Shown here one piece after another: positions 29,589 through 39,860 of a stretch of 64,000 bases of DNA. The notes under the pieces are model-generated. The model was not told where the DNA came from. It made no database searches and saw nothing but the letters and a program-made list of their open reading frames with translations. Position 1 is the stretch's first letter. Each line of letters begins with the position of its first letter. The translations under genes and the position numbers were made by a program. Source of the DNA: an uncultured Gemmatimonadales bacterium (GTDB taxonomy: Bacteria; Gemmatimonadota; Gemmatimonadetes; Gemmatimonadales; Gemmatimonadaceae); NCBI GenBank assembly GCA_963793305.1, contig CAWBZV010000005.1, positions 640,001 through 704,000 on the forward strand, given 5' to 3'.

Positions 29589-30572
29589 ACCATCCCGGCG
29601 TCTCAGCGCTTCGCGCTGGTGACCGGCGCGAGCGGGTTTGTTGGTGGCCATCTGACCGAGGCGCTCCTCGCCGACGGATGGCGCGTGCAATGTCTCGTGC
29701 GCCGCGACAGCAATACGCGCTGGCTCCCCACCGATCGGGTCGAAATCATCTACGGCGACGTCGGCACGCCGTCCACGCTCCCGGATGCCGTCCGCGGCGT
29801 CGACATGGTGTTCCATCTCGCGGCCGTGACCTCAGCCCGGGAGCGCAGCGAATACACCAGGATCAATGCCGGCGGCACGCAAGCCGTCATCGAGGCGATG
29901 CAGGTTGCCGCGCCGGGCGCGATGCTCGTCCTCTGTTCCAGCCAATCGGCGGCGGGCCCGTCGCGCGAGGGACGACCGATCACCGAAGCGGACGCGCCAC
30001 AACCGATTGGTCCCTATGGCGAGTCGAAGCTCGCCGCTGAACAGCTGGTGATCGCGAGCGAGCTTCGTCACATCATTATTCGCCCTCCGGCGGTCTACGG
30101 CCCGCGCAATGTCGACATTCTGTTTGCGTTCCGCCTGGCGAGCGCCGGCATCGCCGTTCGCGTGAGCTCGCGCGGGCAGAAGCTGTCCATGGTGCACGTG
30201 CGCGACCTCGCGGCAGGGCTCGTGGCGGCCGCATCGGCGGAGCATGCGCGCGGCGTGTATTACGTGAGCGGAGGAACGCATGCGTGGGAGGATATCGTAC
30301 GGGGCATTGGCGTCGGGGTCGGCCGCCGCGCACGCGTGATTGTCCTGCCGCGCCCGCTGGTCGTCGCCGCGGCCTGGGGCAACCGTTTAGTGGCGCGCGC
30401 GATACACGCGAAGCCGCTGCTCACGCCAGAGCGTGTCCTCGACATGGTACAACCCGACTGGAGCTGCGACGATTCGCGCGCGCGTCGCGAGCTCGGCTAC
30501 TCGTCCGCCATACCATTGGATGAAGGACTGGCCGAAACGGCCGCTTGGTATCGCCAGGCTGGCTGGCTGTAG
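29589..30572 (+). CDS. NAD-dependent epimerase/dehydratase (extended SDR), ceramide reductase candidate; start uncertain
   Basis: VTGASGFVG, FHLAA, YGESK (YxxxK), RPPAVYGP. Confidence 0.8.
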   Translation, partial: TIPASQRFALVTGASGFVGGHLTEALLADGWRVQCLVRRDSNTRWLPTDRVEIIYGDVGTPSTLPDAVRGVDMVFHLAAVTSARERSEYTRINAGGTQAVIEAMQVAAPGAMLVLCSSQSAAGPSREGRPITEADAPQPIGPYGESKLAAEQLVIASELRHIIIRPPAVYGPRNVDILFAFRLASAGIAVRVSSRGQKLSMVHVRDLAAGLVAAASAEHARGVYYVSGGTHAWEDIVRGIGVGVGRRARVIVLPRPLVVAAAWGNRLVARAIHAKPLLTPERVLDMVQPDWSCDDSRARRELGYSSAIPLDEGLAETAAWYRQAGWL

Positions 30573-30594
30573 GGTGTAACTGTATACTGGCGGT

Positions 30595-31965
30595 ATGCGC
30601 CTAACAATCGTTGCCCTCGCGCTCGCTGGGTTGGCCGTCACCGCCCGCGCGCAGGATCCCGGAAACACCGGATCAAACGTCCCTGACGCCCAGAAACGCG
30701 GCGGGAACGAAAAGATGAAGCTGCTGTCCCGCACCGAGACCAACCCCGGTTCGTGGAAAGCCGCCGACATCGAGATCGAGCAGGACAAGAACCGACCGTA
30801 CGTGTATGTCTGCGGGTTCACGAACTTCAACACCAAGATCTACGACATCTCGAACACGTCGAGCCCGAAGTTGATCTACACCTGGACCATCGAGAACCCC
30901 GAGCTGCATCGCGGCATCGGCGCGATGGACGGGAAGTACTTCAAGATCAACGGCAAGTACTACTACGCGCAGTCGTTCCAGTTCATGCAGGGGAGCCCTG
31001 ACCAGGACTTGGGCGCCGTCATCTTCAACGTCACCGGCTTGCCCGATCCGTCGAAAGTAAAAGTCGTCGCCCGCATCAAGTACCCGCAGGCGCTCGGTGG
31101 CTTCCACAACACGTTCGCCTACAAGCACTCCGACGGCCGCGTGATCTACTTCGTGACCGTGAACGACTCCAAGTCCGTCATGTACGACTTGGACAAGATC
31201 GTCGCCGGCGTCGATCCGGCCCAGGCGATCATCGGTGGTGTCCCCAATCCCACGCCGTTCAAGCAGATCGGCTCCGGTGGGTACCACGACTTCGAAGTCC
31301 AGTACGATCCGCAGGATCACAAGGACAAGTTCTACGGCGCCGGCCTCGGCGGCTTCTCGGTGTGGGACATCACGAAGCCCGAAACGCCGACCCAAATGTT
31401 CACGATCACGTCGCTCGGCCAAGACGTGGCGCACACGTTCACGCCATCACCCGACGGCAGGTACGCGGTCACCGAGACGGAGTATCAGTACACGCCGCTC
31501 CGGATCTGGGACCTGCAGGCCGCGCAAGCCGGGACGATGAAGAACGTCGACACGCCGATCGCCGCGTGGACGGCCGACTGGCACGACCTCTCCCACAACC
31601 ACGAAGTGCGCTGGCCGTACGTGTTCGTGTCGGCCTACGAAGACGGTCTGCAAGTCTTCAACTTGAAGGATCCGAAGCACCCGGTTACCGAAGGGCACTG
31701 GTTTACGTGCGAGTGCGAGCATGAGCACGGGTTCGGCGGCTCACCCGACAATAACTGGGCGAGCACGACCAGCGTCATGCAGGGTGCGTTCGGCGTCGAT
31801 ATTCGGAACTACAATGGGCTCGTCGTGATCTCGGACATGCGGACCGGTCTGTGGCTGTTCCACATGGACGGGTTCAACGGATGGAACGGCAAGGACTACG
31901 GGATGCCGAACATCTCGAGCGTGCAGGACTACGATCACGGTCCGGCCCACGTACCCATCTCCTGA
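30595..31965 (+). CDS. Secreted LVIVD-repeat beta-propeller-like protein
   Basis: Signal peptide; repeated IYDISN / VWDITKP / IWDL / VFNLKDP strands; several His motifs (FHN, YHD, AHT, SHNHE); ISDMRTGLW. Confidence 0.75.
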   Translation: MRLTIVALALAGLAVTARAQDPGNTGSNVPDAQKRGGNEKMKLLSRTETNPGSWKAADIEIEQDKNRPYVYVCGFTNFNTKIYDISNTSSPKLIYTWTIENPELHRGIGAMDGKYFKINGKYYYAQSFQFMQGSPDQDLGAVIFNVTGLPDPSKVKVVARIKYPQALGGFHNTFAYKHSDGRVIYFVTVNDSKSVMYDLDKIVAGVDPAQAIIGGVPNPTPFKQIGSGGYHDFEVQYDPQDHKDKFYGAGLGGFSVWDITKPETPTQMFTITSLGQDVAHTFTPSPDGRYAVTETEYQYTPLRIWDLQAAQAGTMKNVDTPIAAWTADWHDLSHNHEVRWPYVFVSAYEDGLQVFNLKDPKHPVTEGHWFTCECEHEHGFGGSPDNNWASTTSVMQGAFGVDIRNYNGLVVISDMRTGLWLFHMDGFNGWNGKDYGMPNISSVQDYDHGPAHVPIS

Positions 31966-31985
31966 GCTCGGCGCAGCCGAAGCTC
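31965..31985 (+). terminator. Short hairpin after the LVIVD gene
   Basis: GAGCTCGGC-GCA-GCCG(A)AGCTC. Confidence 0.3.
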
Positions 31986-32037
31986 CGTCTAACAGACCAG
32001 TCGAGCAGCGCTCATCAATGAAGTCGCAGCCCGCCTC

Positions 32038-32523
32038 ATGAGCGCTGCATCGACGCGCGGCGGAGCCGCGTGGTGGGCAGCACTCCTCGTCGTCGCCGCC
32101 ATCGGTCCCTGGGATATGAAGCTGTTCCCAGGGACCGTGGTACCCGACGCATCGGGCCAGGCACGACTCGTGTACGCGGCGTCGCCGTTCGGCGTCGCCG
32201 TCACGGCTGATGGTCACGCGCGCTACGACATCCAGGTAACGGCGTCGGGTCTTCCGAAGCCGTCTACCCTCGGCAGCTACACCGCTTACGTCGCGTGGCA
32301 GGCCTCGCCCGATCTCTCACACTGGACTCGCCTCGGCACGGTCACCAACGGCAAGACGACCGTCGGCTCGGCCGATCTCAACAAGTTCTTGTTCGTGGTT
32401 ACCGCCGAAGCCTCACCCACACCGTCAACCCGCCAAGGTCCCACCGTGCTCCACGGGACCTCGCCCAGCGGCTGGCTCCAATCGTTCCTGACACATCCGC
32501 TGTTCAGAGGCAACGCCCAGTGA
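32038..32523 (+). CDS. Hypothetical exported protein coupled to the multicopper oxidase
   Basis: Hydrophobic N-terminus; SPFGVAVTADG, YVAW, KFLFVVTAE, GTSPSG; stop overlaps the oxidase start. Confidence 0.7.
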   Translation: MSAASTRGGAAWWAALLVVAAIGPWDMKLFPGTVVPDASGQARLVYAASPFGVAVTADGHARYDIQVTASGLPKPSTLGSYTAYVAWQASPDLSHWTRLGTVTNGKTTVGSADLNKFLFVVTAEASPTPSTRQGPTVLHGTSPSGWLQSFLTHPLFRGNAQ

Positions 32524-34197
32524 GGTGCGCGGTCGCCGTCATGCTGATCGCATCGGTCGCGGCCGCCCAGACCGCGCCGTCTCGCGACACGAGCATGGCG
32601 AACATGCCGGGAATGTCCAACATGCCGGGCATGGCGATGATGCCGATCCCGATGCCGCCAGGAATGGTGGTGATGCCTGGTCTCATGGGGCTTACGCCGG
32701 CAGTAGCCAAGACGTTCCTGCCGAGTGGATCAGCCGAATCCGACGCCGTCGCTCGCAAAGAGATTCATCTCAAGAACGGCGACACGCTCGACCTGGCCGC
32801 CACGCTCGTGCGCGAGATGATCGGCGCTCACCCGACGATCGCCTACGCGTACAACGCGCAAATCGCCGGCCCGCTGATCCGCGTCCCGCAAAACGCGACG
32901 ATCATAGTCCGGTTCACGAACAAGATCGACCTGCCGACCGCGGTCCACTGGCACGGCGTCCGCCTCGACAACGCGAGCGACGGCGCGCCGGGATTGACTC
33001 AAGACCCGGTAGCATCCGGCAAAGGCTACCTCTATCGCGTGCATTTCCCGGACGCCGGGATCTACTGGTACCACGCGCACGTCCGCGAGGACATCGAGCA
33101 GCCGCTAGGCCTCTACGGCAACATCATCGTCGACTCGCCCGATCCGCACTACTACGAGCCGGCGAATCACGAAGAGGTCCTGATGCTGGGCGACATCCTC
33201 GTCAATCAGGACACGTTGATCCCATTCGGCGCCGAGCAGCCGGACTTCACACTCATGGGCCGCGTCGGGAACGTCATTCGGGTCAACGCCCAACCGACCT
33301 ATGCGGTCACCGTGGCGCAGGGCTCCGTCGTCCGGTTCTACCTGACCAACGTCGCCAGCTCCCGAACCTTCAACGTCTCGTTCGGCGACGCGCCGATCAA
33401 AGTCGTCGCATCCGACGAGAGTCGCTTCGAGCACGAAGAGCTGGTGCCGAGCGTGGTCCTCGGCCCAGCGGAACGCTACGTCGTCGACGTGCGTTTCCCG
33501 CATCCCGGCCGCTACGCGTTCGTGAACGCGGTCCAAGCCATCAACCACTTCCAGGGCGAGTTCATGCCCGAAGTGGACACGCTCGGCGTCGTCACCGTGA
33601 GCGCCACCCCGGCCGCGCCGAGCTACGCGTCGAGCTTCGCGACCCTGCACGCGAACGCCGCGGTCTCAGCCGACATCGCACATTATCGTCCGGCATTCGA
33701 TCACACCCCGGACAAGACGTTCCGCCTGACGCTCAAAACGAACGGCTTGCCGCTCGCCACCGTTCAGTTCATGAGCATCGACACGTCGTACTACGCTCCA
33801 GTCGAATGGGTCGACGGCATGCCCGACATGAACTGGCTGTCGACGGCCTCACAGGTGCGCTGGGTCATCCACGACGAGGCGTCGGGCAAAGACAACATGG
33901 ACATCGACTGGCACGTGCCCGGTCGGATCCACGCCGGTGGTCCGCATCATCAACGACGATCGATCGTTCCACCCAATGCAGCACCCGATCCATCTCCACG
34001 GCCAGCGGATGCTGGTCATCTCCCGCGACGGCGTGCCGACCAAGAACCTCGTCTGGAAGGACACGGTGATAATCCCCGTCGGCTCGACCGTCGACCTCCT
34101 CGTCGACGCCTCAAACCCCGGCGCGTGGATGCTCCACTGTCACATCTCCGAGCATCTCGAGTCGGGGATGATGACGGTCATGCACGTGGACCGGTAG
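32520..34197 (+). CDS. Multicopper oxidase (CueO-like), Met-rich N-terminus; frameshift near 33915-33940
   Basis: All four copper motifs: VHWHG, YWYHAH, HPIHLHG, HCHISEHLESGMM. Confidence 0.93.
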
Positions 34198-34213
34198 CGC
34201 ACCTGAATGGGGT

Positions 34214-34597
34214 TCAGGGGGTCTCGGGTTCAAGTTCGGCGTCCCGATCGCGCCCCCTTTTTCCCCGGTAAGCAGAGCTTTTCAGGTAGTGTTCAAGTCG
34301 CCGCCCCACACTGAGCGTCAGCGCCATCGTTGCGGCGATCCACATGGGGAGTGCGAGCGGGGCAATGTGATGGAACCGGAAGGCCGTAGCGAGGTCTCCG
34401 TGCAGCGTGGCATTCCAGGCGCGTGTGGTGCCACACAGTGGGCAAGGGATACCCGTGAGCGCCAGAAATGGACAAAGCGGCGGGTGAAGCGCGGGCAGCG
34501 TGCGGAGCGTGTATGCGTATCCCAGGTAGCTCCACCCGACCATGGCCAACGCCGCACGGCCGAGCTGCTGGCGAGTGGCTTCGGGCACGAGCGTCAT
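34214..34597 (-). CDS. DUF2752-family membrane protein
   Basis: CPFLALTGIPCPLCGTTRA...HGD...AF signature. Confidence 0.85.
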   Translation of the reverse strand: MTLVPEATRQQLGRAALAMVGWSYLGYAYTLRTLPALHPPLCPFLALTGIPCPLCGTTRAWNATLHGDLATAFRFHHIAPLALPMWIAATMALTLSVGRRLEHYLKSSAYRGKRGRDRDAELEPETP

Positions 34598-34857
34598 GCC
34601 GTGGCCGGAAGATTCACGACGGTGATCTCAACGATCTCAACGTCGGGCTGCATGGCGTAAATGATGAGATAGATGAGGAGCGGGAGGAGGCAGAGGACGA
34701 ATCCCACGACTGCCCATAGGACGCTGAACTCTTTCTTCTTCTGCAACGTCGTGGAGGTCAACGTCTTGTTGGCAACCACGAACCCCTTGGCCAGATAGCT
34801 GAGGATCGTAGTCTCCATGTCCTGCGTCGACCGCACGTGCACCTTGCTGATTGCCAC
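34594..34857 (-). CDS. Small hypothetical membrane protein
   Basis: GGAGG RBS before GTG; KKKEFS followed by a hydrophobic segment. Confidence 0.7.
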   Translation of the reverse strand: MAISKVHVRSTQDMETTILSYLAKGFVVANKTLTSTTLQKKKEFSVLWAVVGFVLCLLPLLIYLIIYAMQPDVEIVEITVVNLPATA

Positions 34858-35242
34858 GCCATCGCCTCCAAGTAGTGGACGAATGCAGCCGCCCAAATCA
34901 TAGCCACACTAGAGCAATCACGCGAGCGTGCGGCGTCCGCGGCCGACTATGTCGACCGGGTTGCCCGCGCAGATGGCTGCCACGCTATCGTCGTTGTTAT
35001 CGCGACGGTTCGATGTCACCACGCAGTACTTTTGAGTGCGGTTTGCGGTAAATCGGGAAGTGGCGAAGGGGGCGGCTAGGTCGGGACTAGCCTGCATTCG
35101 TGTTGCTTATGACTCATCAATGTCAGAAAACAGCCCCTTTGTGTCAGAATCGTGCCCTGTCGATTGTTCCAGAACGCGAGTCTTTTACTTCGCCACCTAG
35201 GTAACCCACTCGCTCAGCGGGCGCCACTATCGGAGTCACCCT

Positions 35243-35722
35243 ATGCATTCCATTGCCCCACCACTAAGTCTGGTGACGCCCGAGGATCTTTACATACACG
35301 CTTACGACGCATTGAAGAAGGAGATTGCGGAGTCGGTAAAGGACGCTCGTGCGATGGAGCGAAATTCACTGTTGGCTTGTGGTGGGATTTTGACCTATCT
35401 CGCTGGGCGTTGCCCGAATCCGGCGCCCGATGTTCTCTGGTACGTACCTCTAGCGCTTGCACTTTTTGGTGCGTTTCGGACGGCGGCTCTGATGATAAGT
35501 ATCAGACCGCGGGCGATGTACCTCAGCGAGATTGAAGGGCGTAGCCTGCGGAATCAACCGCTGGAAGGATGGGAGCAATACTTCCGATCTCACTACCGCC
35601 GTGGAGTAGGAATCACGATAATTGTCTTCTGGCTTGGCTTGGTAAGCGCGACGGCGGCGATTCCTAGGTCTGCCCCTCGCTTTTGCAGGACGACGAGCGC
35701 CGCGCCTGCAGCGCACTCCTAA
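35243..35722 (+). CDS. Hypothetical membrane protein, lower GC
   Basis: YDALKKEI helix, two TM segments, YLSEIE..GWE, final TM; atypical codon usage. Confidence 0.65.
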   Translation: MHSIAPPLSLVTPEDLYIHAYDALKKEIAESVKDARAMERNSLLACGGILTYLAGRCPNPAPDVLWYVPLALALFGAFRTAALMISIRPRAMYLSEIEGRSLRNQPLEGWEQYFRSHYRRGVGITIIVFWLGLVSATAAIPRSAPRFCRTTSAAPAAHS

Positions 35723-35733
35723 GTGCACGGGGA

Positions 35734-35817
35734 TGGCGCGAGCCTGCTCGCCGACGGCGACCTGGCGCCGGAGCCCATGCGCGCCGGCGACTCGGTCGCC
35801 CTCGCCGTCAGACTCGG
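35734..35817 (+). repeat. 84-bp diverged copy of 22650..22733 (gene-fragment remnant)
   Basis: Ungapped manual alignment, 75/84 identical. Confidence 0.85.
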
Positions 35818-35855
35818 GCGTCCTTCGGCCCGACGCCTTTGTCGACGGCCTTCGG

Positions 35856-36743
35856 TCACACCCAGACGAGCCCTAGGCCAATGGCGATCCAGATCATCTC
35901 GCGGATGCGACTGACGATCAATGCGTAGACGCCAAGGTCCGGCGGCAGGCCGAGAAGACTGAAGATCAGCGACATACTGCCTTCTTTGGTGCCGAGCTCG
36001 AACGGGATAAAGAACGTCGCGTTCGTGATAAACTGCGAGAACGCGCCGATCATGAAGGCGGTGGGATAGTCAACGTCGAGGCCGAGTGCCCGGGTAATGA
36101 ACAGATATTCGAGCATCGACAAGCACCGGCCCACGAACTCGGCGCCGACCGCCATGAAGATCGTCCCGCGGGAATACGCCGCGATCTGCTCATGGATCGC
36201 ATTTAGCTTGGGCCAGCGGCGGAACAATCGGGTCCGAGGACGAAAGAGCGCCGCCAGCGCGAGCGAGCCGCCGGCAAACACGGCCGCGAGCGCAATCAGC
36301 GAGACCGTGGTAGCCGGCGTCCGAGGCAGGAGCACGAATGCGACGGGAATCGCGGTGACCCAGAAGATGAGCTGTCCGAGCGTATGGATCACACGAAACC
36401 CAACAACGGACGCGGTCGCGCGCGACGGTTCGACCCACTTCGAAGCAGCGGCTATCCGGAACGGCTCGCCACCCAAGGGTACCAGCGGCGTGACGTAATT
36501 GATCGCGAAGCTCGAGACGCTGATCACGTACGCGCGCCCGAACGGGATGGCTCCGTCGAGCAGCGCGCGCCAAGCAATCGTGTTGCACGCATACACGAGC
36601 GCCCAGGCGACCACCGATGGCACGATCGCCCAGCGCGCCGAAACGAGATTGTGAAGGAGCCCGCGCACCCCAGCGTGCGCGATGAGCACGACAAAGAGCA
36701 CCAAGGCGCCGGCAAATACCAGCGCCTGAATTTTTTTGTTCAC
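35856..36743 (-). CDS. Lysylphosphatidylglycerol synthase TM-domain (flippase-like) protein
   Basis: AW, INYVTP..PLGGEPFR, FFIPFELGTKEG, SRIRE motifs; multi-TM. Confidence 0.85.
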   Translation of the reverse strand: MNKKIQALVFAGALVLFVVLIAHAGVRGLLHNLVSARWAIVPSVVAWALVYACNTIAWRALLDGAIPFGRAYVISVSSFAINYVTPLVPLGGEPFRIAAASKWVEPSRATASVVGFRVIHTLGQLIFWVTAIPVAFVLLPRTPATTVSLIALAAVFAGGSLALAALFRPRTRLFRRWPKLNAIHEQIAAYSRGTIFMAVGAEFVGRCLSMLEYLFITRALGLDVDYPTAFMIGAFSQFITNATFFIPFELGTKEGSMSLIFSLLGLPPDLGVYALIVSRIREMIWIAIGLGLVWV

Positions 36744-37729
36744 ACGCCCACGGCGCAGCCAGAGCGCGCGGATGCATATGCGGCCTCGACGACCGCCGCC
36801 ACGCGCGTGATGTCCGCGAGCGCCTCGTCGGCCTCCCCACGATCCATCGCGTCGGCGAACGCGCCGAACAAGCCGGCGAACCAACTGGCGTACGATCGCT
36901 TATCGAGCTGCGCGGAGTAGTCGACCTCTTGTCGCGGCTCGCCGGCTCGCTCGAGGCTCAACGTGCCGCCATGCCAGTCGATGGTCCCGCGCTCGCCGAT
37001 GATGCGCACGCGGTTCTCGCGATGCCCGGCGGCCCACGTCAACAATATCGTCGCGATCCGGTCGGCAAACCCAACGAGCAGGTGCGCGGTGTCCTCGACC
37101 TCGTACTCCTGATGTCGCAGTCGTCCAGTCCACGCCTGGACCGTCCGCGGTTCGCCGCCGAGATCGAACAATGAGTACAGGAGATGCGTGCCATGATCGA
37201 GCAAGATGCCACCGCTGCTGTCGGCACGAATTGATCTCCAAGGCACCGCACCGCCGTCAGCCTGAAGCCGATACACAGACAGCTCGGCCAGATGCCAATG
37301 TCCAATGGCTCCCTCCCGCACCCATTCGCCAATCTGCCGCCAGACCGGATTGAACCGATACTGGTGGCAGGGGATGACCACGCGACCGGCCTTCCGCGCG
37401 GCCGTAGCCAGCGTATCCGCGTCCGCACGAGTCACTGCCACGGGCTTCTCGCACAACACGTGGAGGCCGTTCTCCAGCGCCCACAACGCTAGCGGCAGGT
37501 GCGATGATGGCGGCGTGCAGATGTCGATGAAATCGAGCGGCCCAGCAGCAAGTAGGGACGGCCGGTCCCTGAAGAGAGGCACGCCATCGATCGGTCCGAC
37601 GTTGGGATCCGAGTCGAGCGCCGCCACGATCTCCATGCGCGGTGCAGCCGCTTTAAACCCCGGAAGGTGCGCCGTGCGGGCGATGCCGCCCAGGCCGATT
37701 ACCGCGCCTCGATATGCTCGGCGTCCCAC
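36740..37729 (-). CDS. Gfo/Idh/MocA-family oxidoreductase (inositol 2-dehydrogenase-like)
   Basis: VIGLGGIA, ICTPPSSH, VLCEKP, RFNP, GGILLDHGTH, VEDTA. Confidence 0.9.
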   Translation of the reverse strand: MGRRAYRGAVIGLGGIARTAHLPGFKAAAPRMEIVAALDSDPNVGPIDGVPLFRDRPSLLAAGPLDFIDICTPPSSHLPLALWALENGLHVLCEKPVAVTRADADTLATAARKAGRVVIPCHQYRFNPVWRQIGEWVREGAIGHWHLAELSVYRLQADGGAVPWRSIRADSSGGILLDHGTHLLYSLFDLGGEPRTVQAWTGRLRHQEYEVEDTAHLLVGFADRIATILLTWAAGHRENRVRIIGERGTIDWHGGTLSLERAGEPRQEVDYSAQLDKRSYASWFAGLFGAFADAMDRGEADEALADITRVAAVVEAAYASARSGCAVGV

Positions 37730-38529
37730 ACGAACACGAAGAGGACGAGATTGAGCGGCACCACCGTAATCCACAGCATGGCCGCCGGCCACCCCGGCAC
37801 GACAGTCACCAGCAGCAACAGCCACCGCACGTTCTGCCCGAGCCACATGCACCGCCCGAGCAGCGGCGCCGCGTGTCGGACGTACGCCTCGCGCGCCGCG
37901 GCGGACAGCGTCCCTTGCCGGCGCTGCCGCTCCAGCGCGACCGTGGCCGGGAACATGCTCGCCTGTCGCCGCACCCACGAACCATACAGCCAATTTTTGA
38001 GCGAGCCGCCTTGAAGGTCCTCAGGCAGCTCCAGCTCCGAGTCCTGCCCGCTCATGGCCAGAAACGCGTGCCGTATGAAATCGACGGCCGCCGCCTGCCA
38101 CGTATGGCTCAGCAGCGCGGCCAGCGCCAGCGCGATCGCGCCGGCCACGGGCCACCCGAGGAAGACGATGAGCCGCGCCCCGAGATGCGCGTACAGGTTG
38201 ATGAACCGCGCGCTGTCCGACAGCCCATCGAGCATGCGCCCCAGCGGCGTCGACGTCCCGCGCAGCCGCGCCAGTTGCCCGTCGACGCTATCGAAGATGT
38301 CGGAGACGATGAAGAGCACCCATCCGATCGCGTTGATCTCGATGCTCTGATAGAAGAACAGGTGCCCGGCGACGAGACCCGTCGCCAGGCTCCACATCGT
38401 CACCTGATCGGGCGACACCCGCGTCGGCGCCAGCGCTCGAGCGAGTCGAATCCCGATGGGCCGAAAGAAACGGAGGTCGAGCCACTCCTCGACCTCGTCC
38501 CCTTTCGTCGCCAGCGTGCCAGTCGTCAT
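37699..38529 (-). CDS. CDP-alcohol phosphatidyltransferase family protein
   Basis: SPDQVT and canonical DSVDGQLAR...GRMLDGLSD motif. Confidence 0.93.
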   Translation of the reverse strand: MTTGTLATKGDEVEEWLDLRFFRPIGIRLARALAPTRVSPDQVTMWSLATGLVAGHLFFYQSIEINAIGWVLFIVSDIFDSVDGQLARLRGTSTPLGRMLDGLSDSARFINLYAHLGARLIVFLGWPVAGAIALALAALLSHTWQAAAVDFIRHAFLAMSGQDSELELPEDLQGGSLKNWLYGSWVRRQASMFPATVALERQRRQGTLSAAAREAYVRHAAPLLGRCMWLGQNVRWLLLLVTVVPGWPAAMLWITVVPLNLVLFVFVWDAEHIEAR

Positions 38530-39860
38530 ACCCGCGCGGCGGCTTCGCCCAACACACCCTTCATGACGGCGAGCGCGCTCATCGCCTGCTCGGTCGTGAT
38601 CACGAGCGGCGGGTTGATCCGCACTTCGGGGTTGTAGATCATCGCCAGCACGCCCCTCGCGAGGAGCGTGTCGAAGATCCATCGCGCGATGTCTTTCGGC
38701 AGAAGCTTGGTCGTGCCCGGATAGACGAGATCCATGCCGATCATGAGCCCGCGCCCGCGGACGTCACTGACGATCGGGATGTCTTTCTCCCACGTTTTCA
38801 TCTCGGCCATCATAGTGGCGCCGAGCACACGACTATGCTCGACGAGCCCCTCTTCGATGATGGTCTCGATGCTCACCCGTGCCGCCGCGGCCGCCAGCGG
38901 ATTCCCGCCGTAGCTCGACGAGCTCCCGCTCGGATTCGCCCAGGGCTTGGCCCGCGCGATCTCCTCGCGCGCGATGATGCCCGTCATCGGGAATCCACCG
39001 CCGAACCCTTTCCCGACCGTCATGATATCGGGCAACACCTCCTCGTGCTCGATCGCGAACATCTTCCCGGTTCGCCCGAACCCGGTCAGCATTTCGTCAG
39101 CAATCAGCACGGCGCCGATGCTATCCGCGAATTTTCTGAGGATCCGCAGGTAGCCGGGGGGCGGCACGATGTTGCCCGCCGTCCCCTGGATCGGCTCGAC
39201 GATGATCGCCGCGACGTCATTCGAGGTCTCGAGCGCGATTTTCTTTTGCAAGAACTCGACGCAATGCCACTCGCACGAGGGAAATGTCTTGTCGAACGCG
39301 CAGCGAGCACAGGAGGCGTACGGCGAGCTGTAGGTACCCGGCATCAGCGGCCCCAGCCCGTGCTTGAAGGAGCCACCGAGCAAGGGAAGGACGCCGGCGG
39401 TCTTGCCGTGGAATCCGCCCCAGAAGCCGACAAACTCGGTCTTCCCAGTCCACGCCTTCGCTAGTCTGAATGCCGACTCGACGGCCTCGGCGCCGCTCGA
39501 ATAGAGCTGTGTCCGATTGAGATCCCCGGGCGTGATGTCGGCGATCAGCTTGACCAGCGCAACCCGATGCTCCGACGTAAAGCTGCCGACATGCACCCGT
39601 GCAACTTGCCGCTGCATGGCCGCGACGAACTTGGGATGCGCATACCCGAGACTGGCCACGCCGACCCCGGCCAACAGATCCGTGTAGCACTTCCCGTCGA
39701 CATCATAAAGGAGCGCGCCTTCGCCGTGGTCGATGCTCAGCTTGCTGAACAGCGCGACGCTCTGCGTACCGGGCGCGAGATAGGCGGACTCGGCGTCAAA
39801 CGCCGCCAAAGACTTTGGACCGGCCGCTGTCTCTGGCCGTGGCTGAACCGTCAACGTCAC
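38526..39860 (-). CDS. Class III PLP aminotransferase
   Basis: SGAEAVE, FHGKT, EPIQG, LIADEMLTGFGRTG, DIMTVGKG, SSYGGNP, RGRGLM. Confidence 0.93.
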   Translation of the reverse strand: MTLTVQPRPETAAGPKSLAAFDAESAYLAPGTQSVALFSKLSIDHGEGALLYDVDGKCYTDLLAGVGVASLGYAHPKFVAAMQRQVARVHVGSFTSEHRVALVKLIADITPGDLNRTQLYSSGAEAVESAFRLAKAWTGKTEFVGFWGGFHGKTAGVLPLLGGSFKHGLGPLMPGTYSSPYASCARCAFDKTFPSCEWHCVEFLQKKIALETSNDVAAIIVEPIQGTAGNIVPPPGYLRILRKFADSIGAVLIADEMLTGFGRTGKMFAIEHEEVLPDIMTVGKGFGGGFPMTGIIAREEIARAKPWANPSGSSSSYGGNPLAAAAARVSIETIIEEGLVEHSRVLGATMMAEMKTWEKDIPIVSDVRGRGLMIGMDLVYPGTTKLLPKDIARWIFDTLLARGVLAMIYNPEVRINPPLVITTEQAMSALAVMKGVLGEAAARV

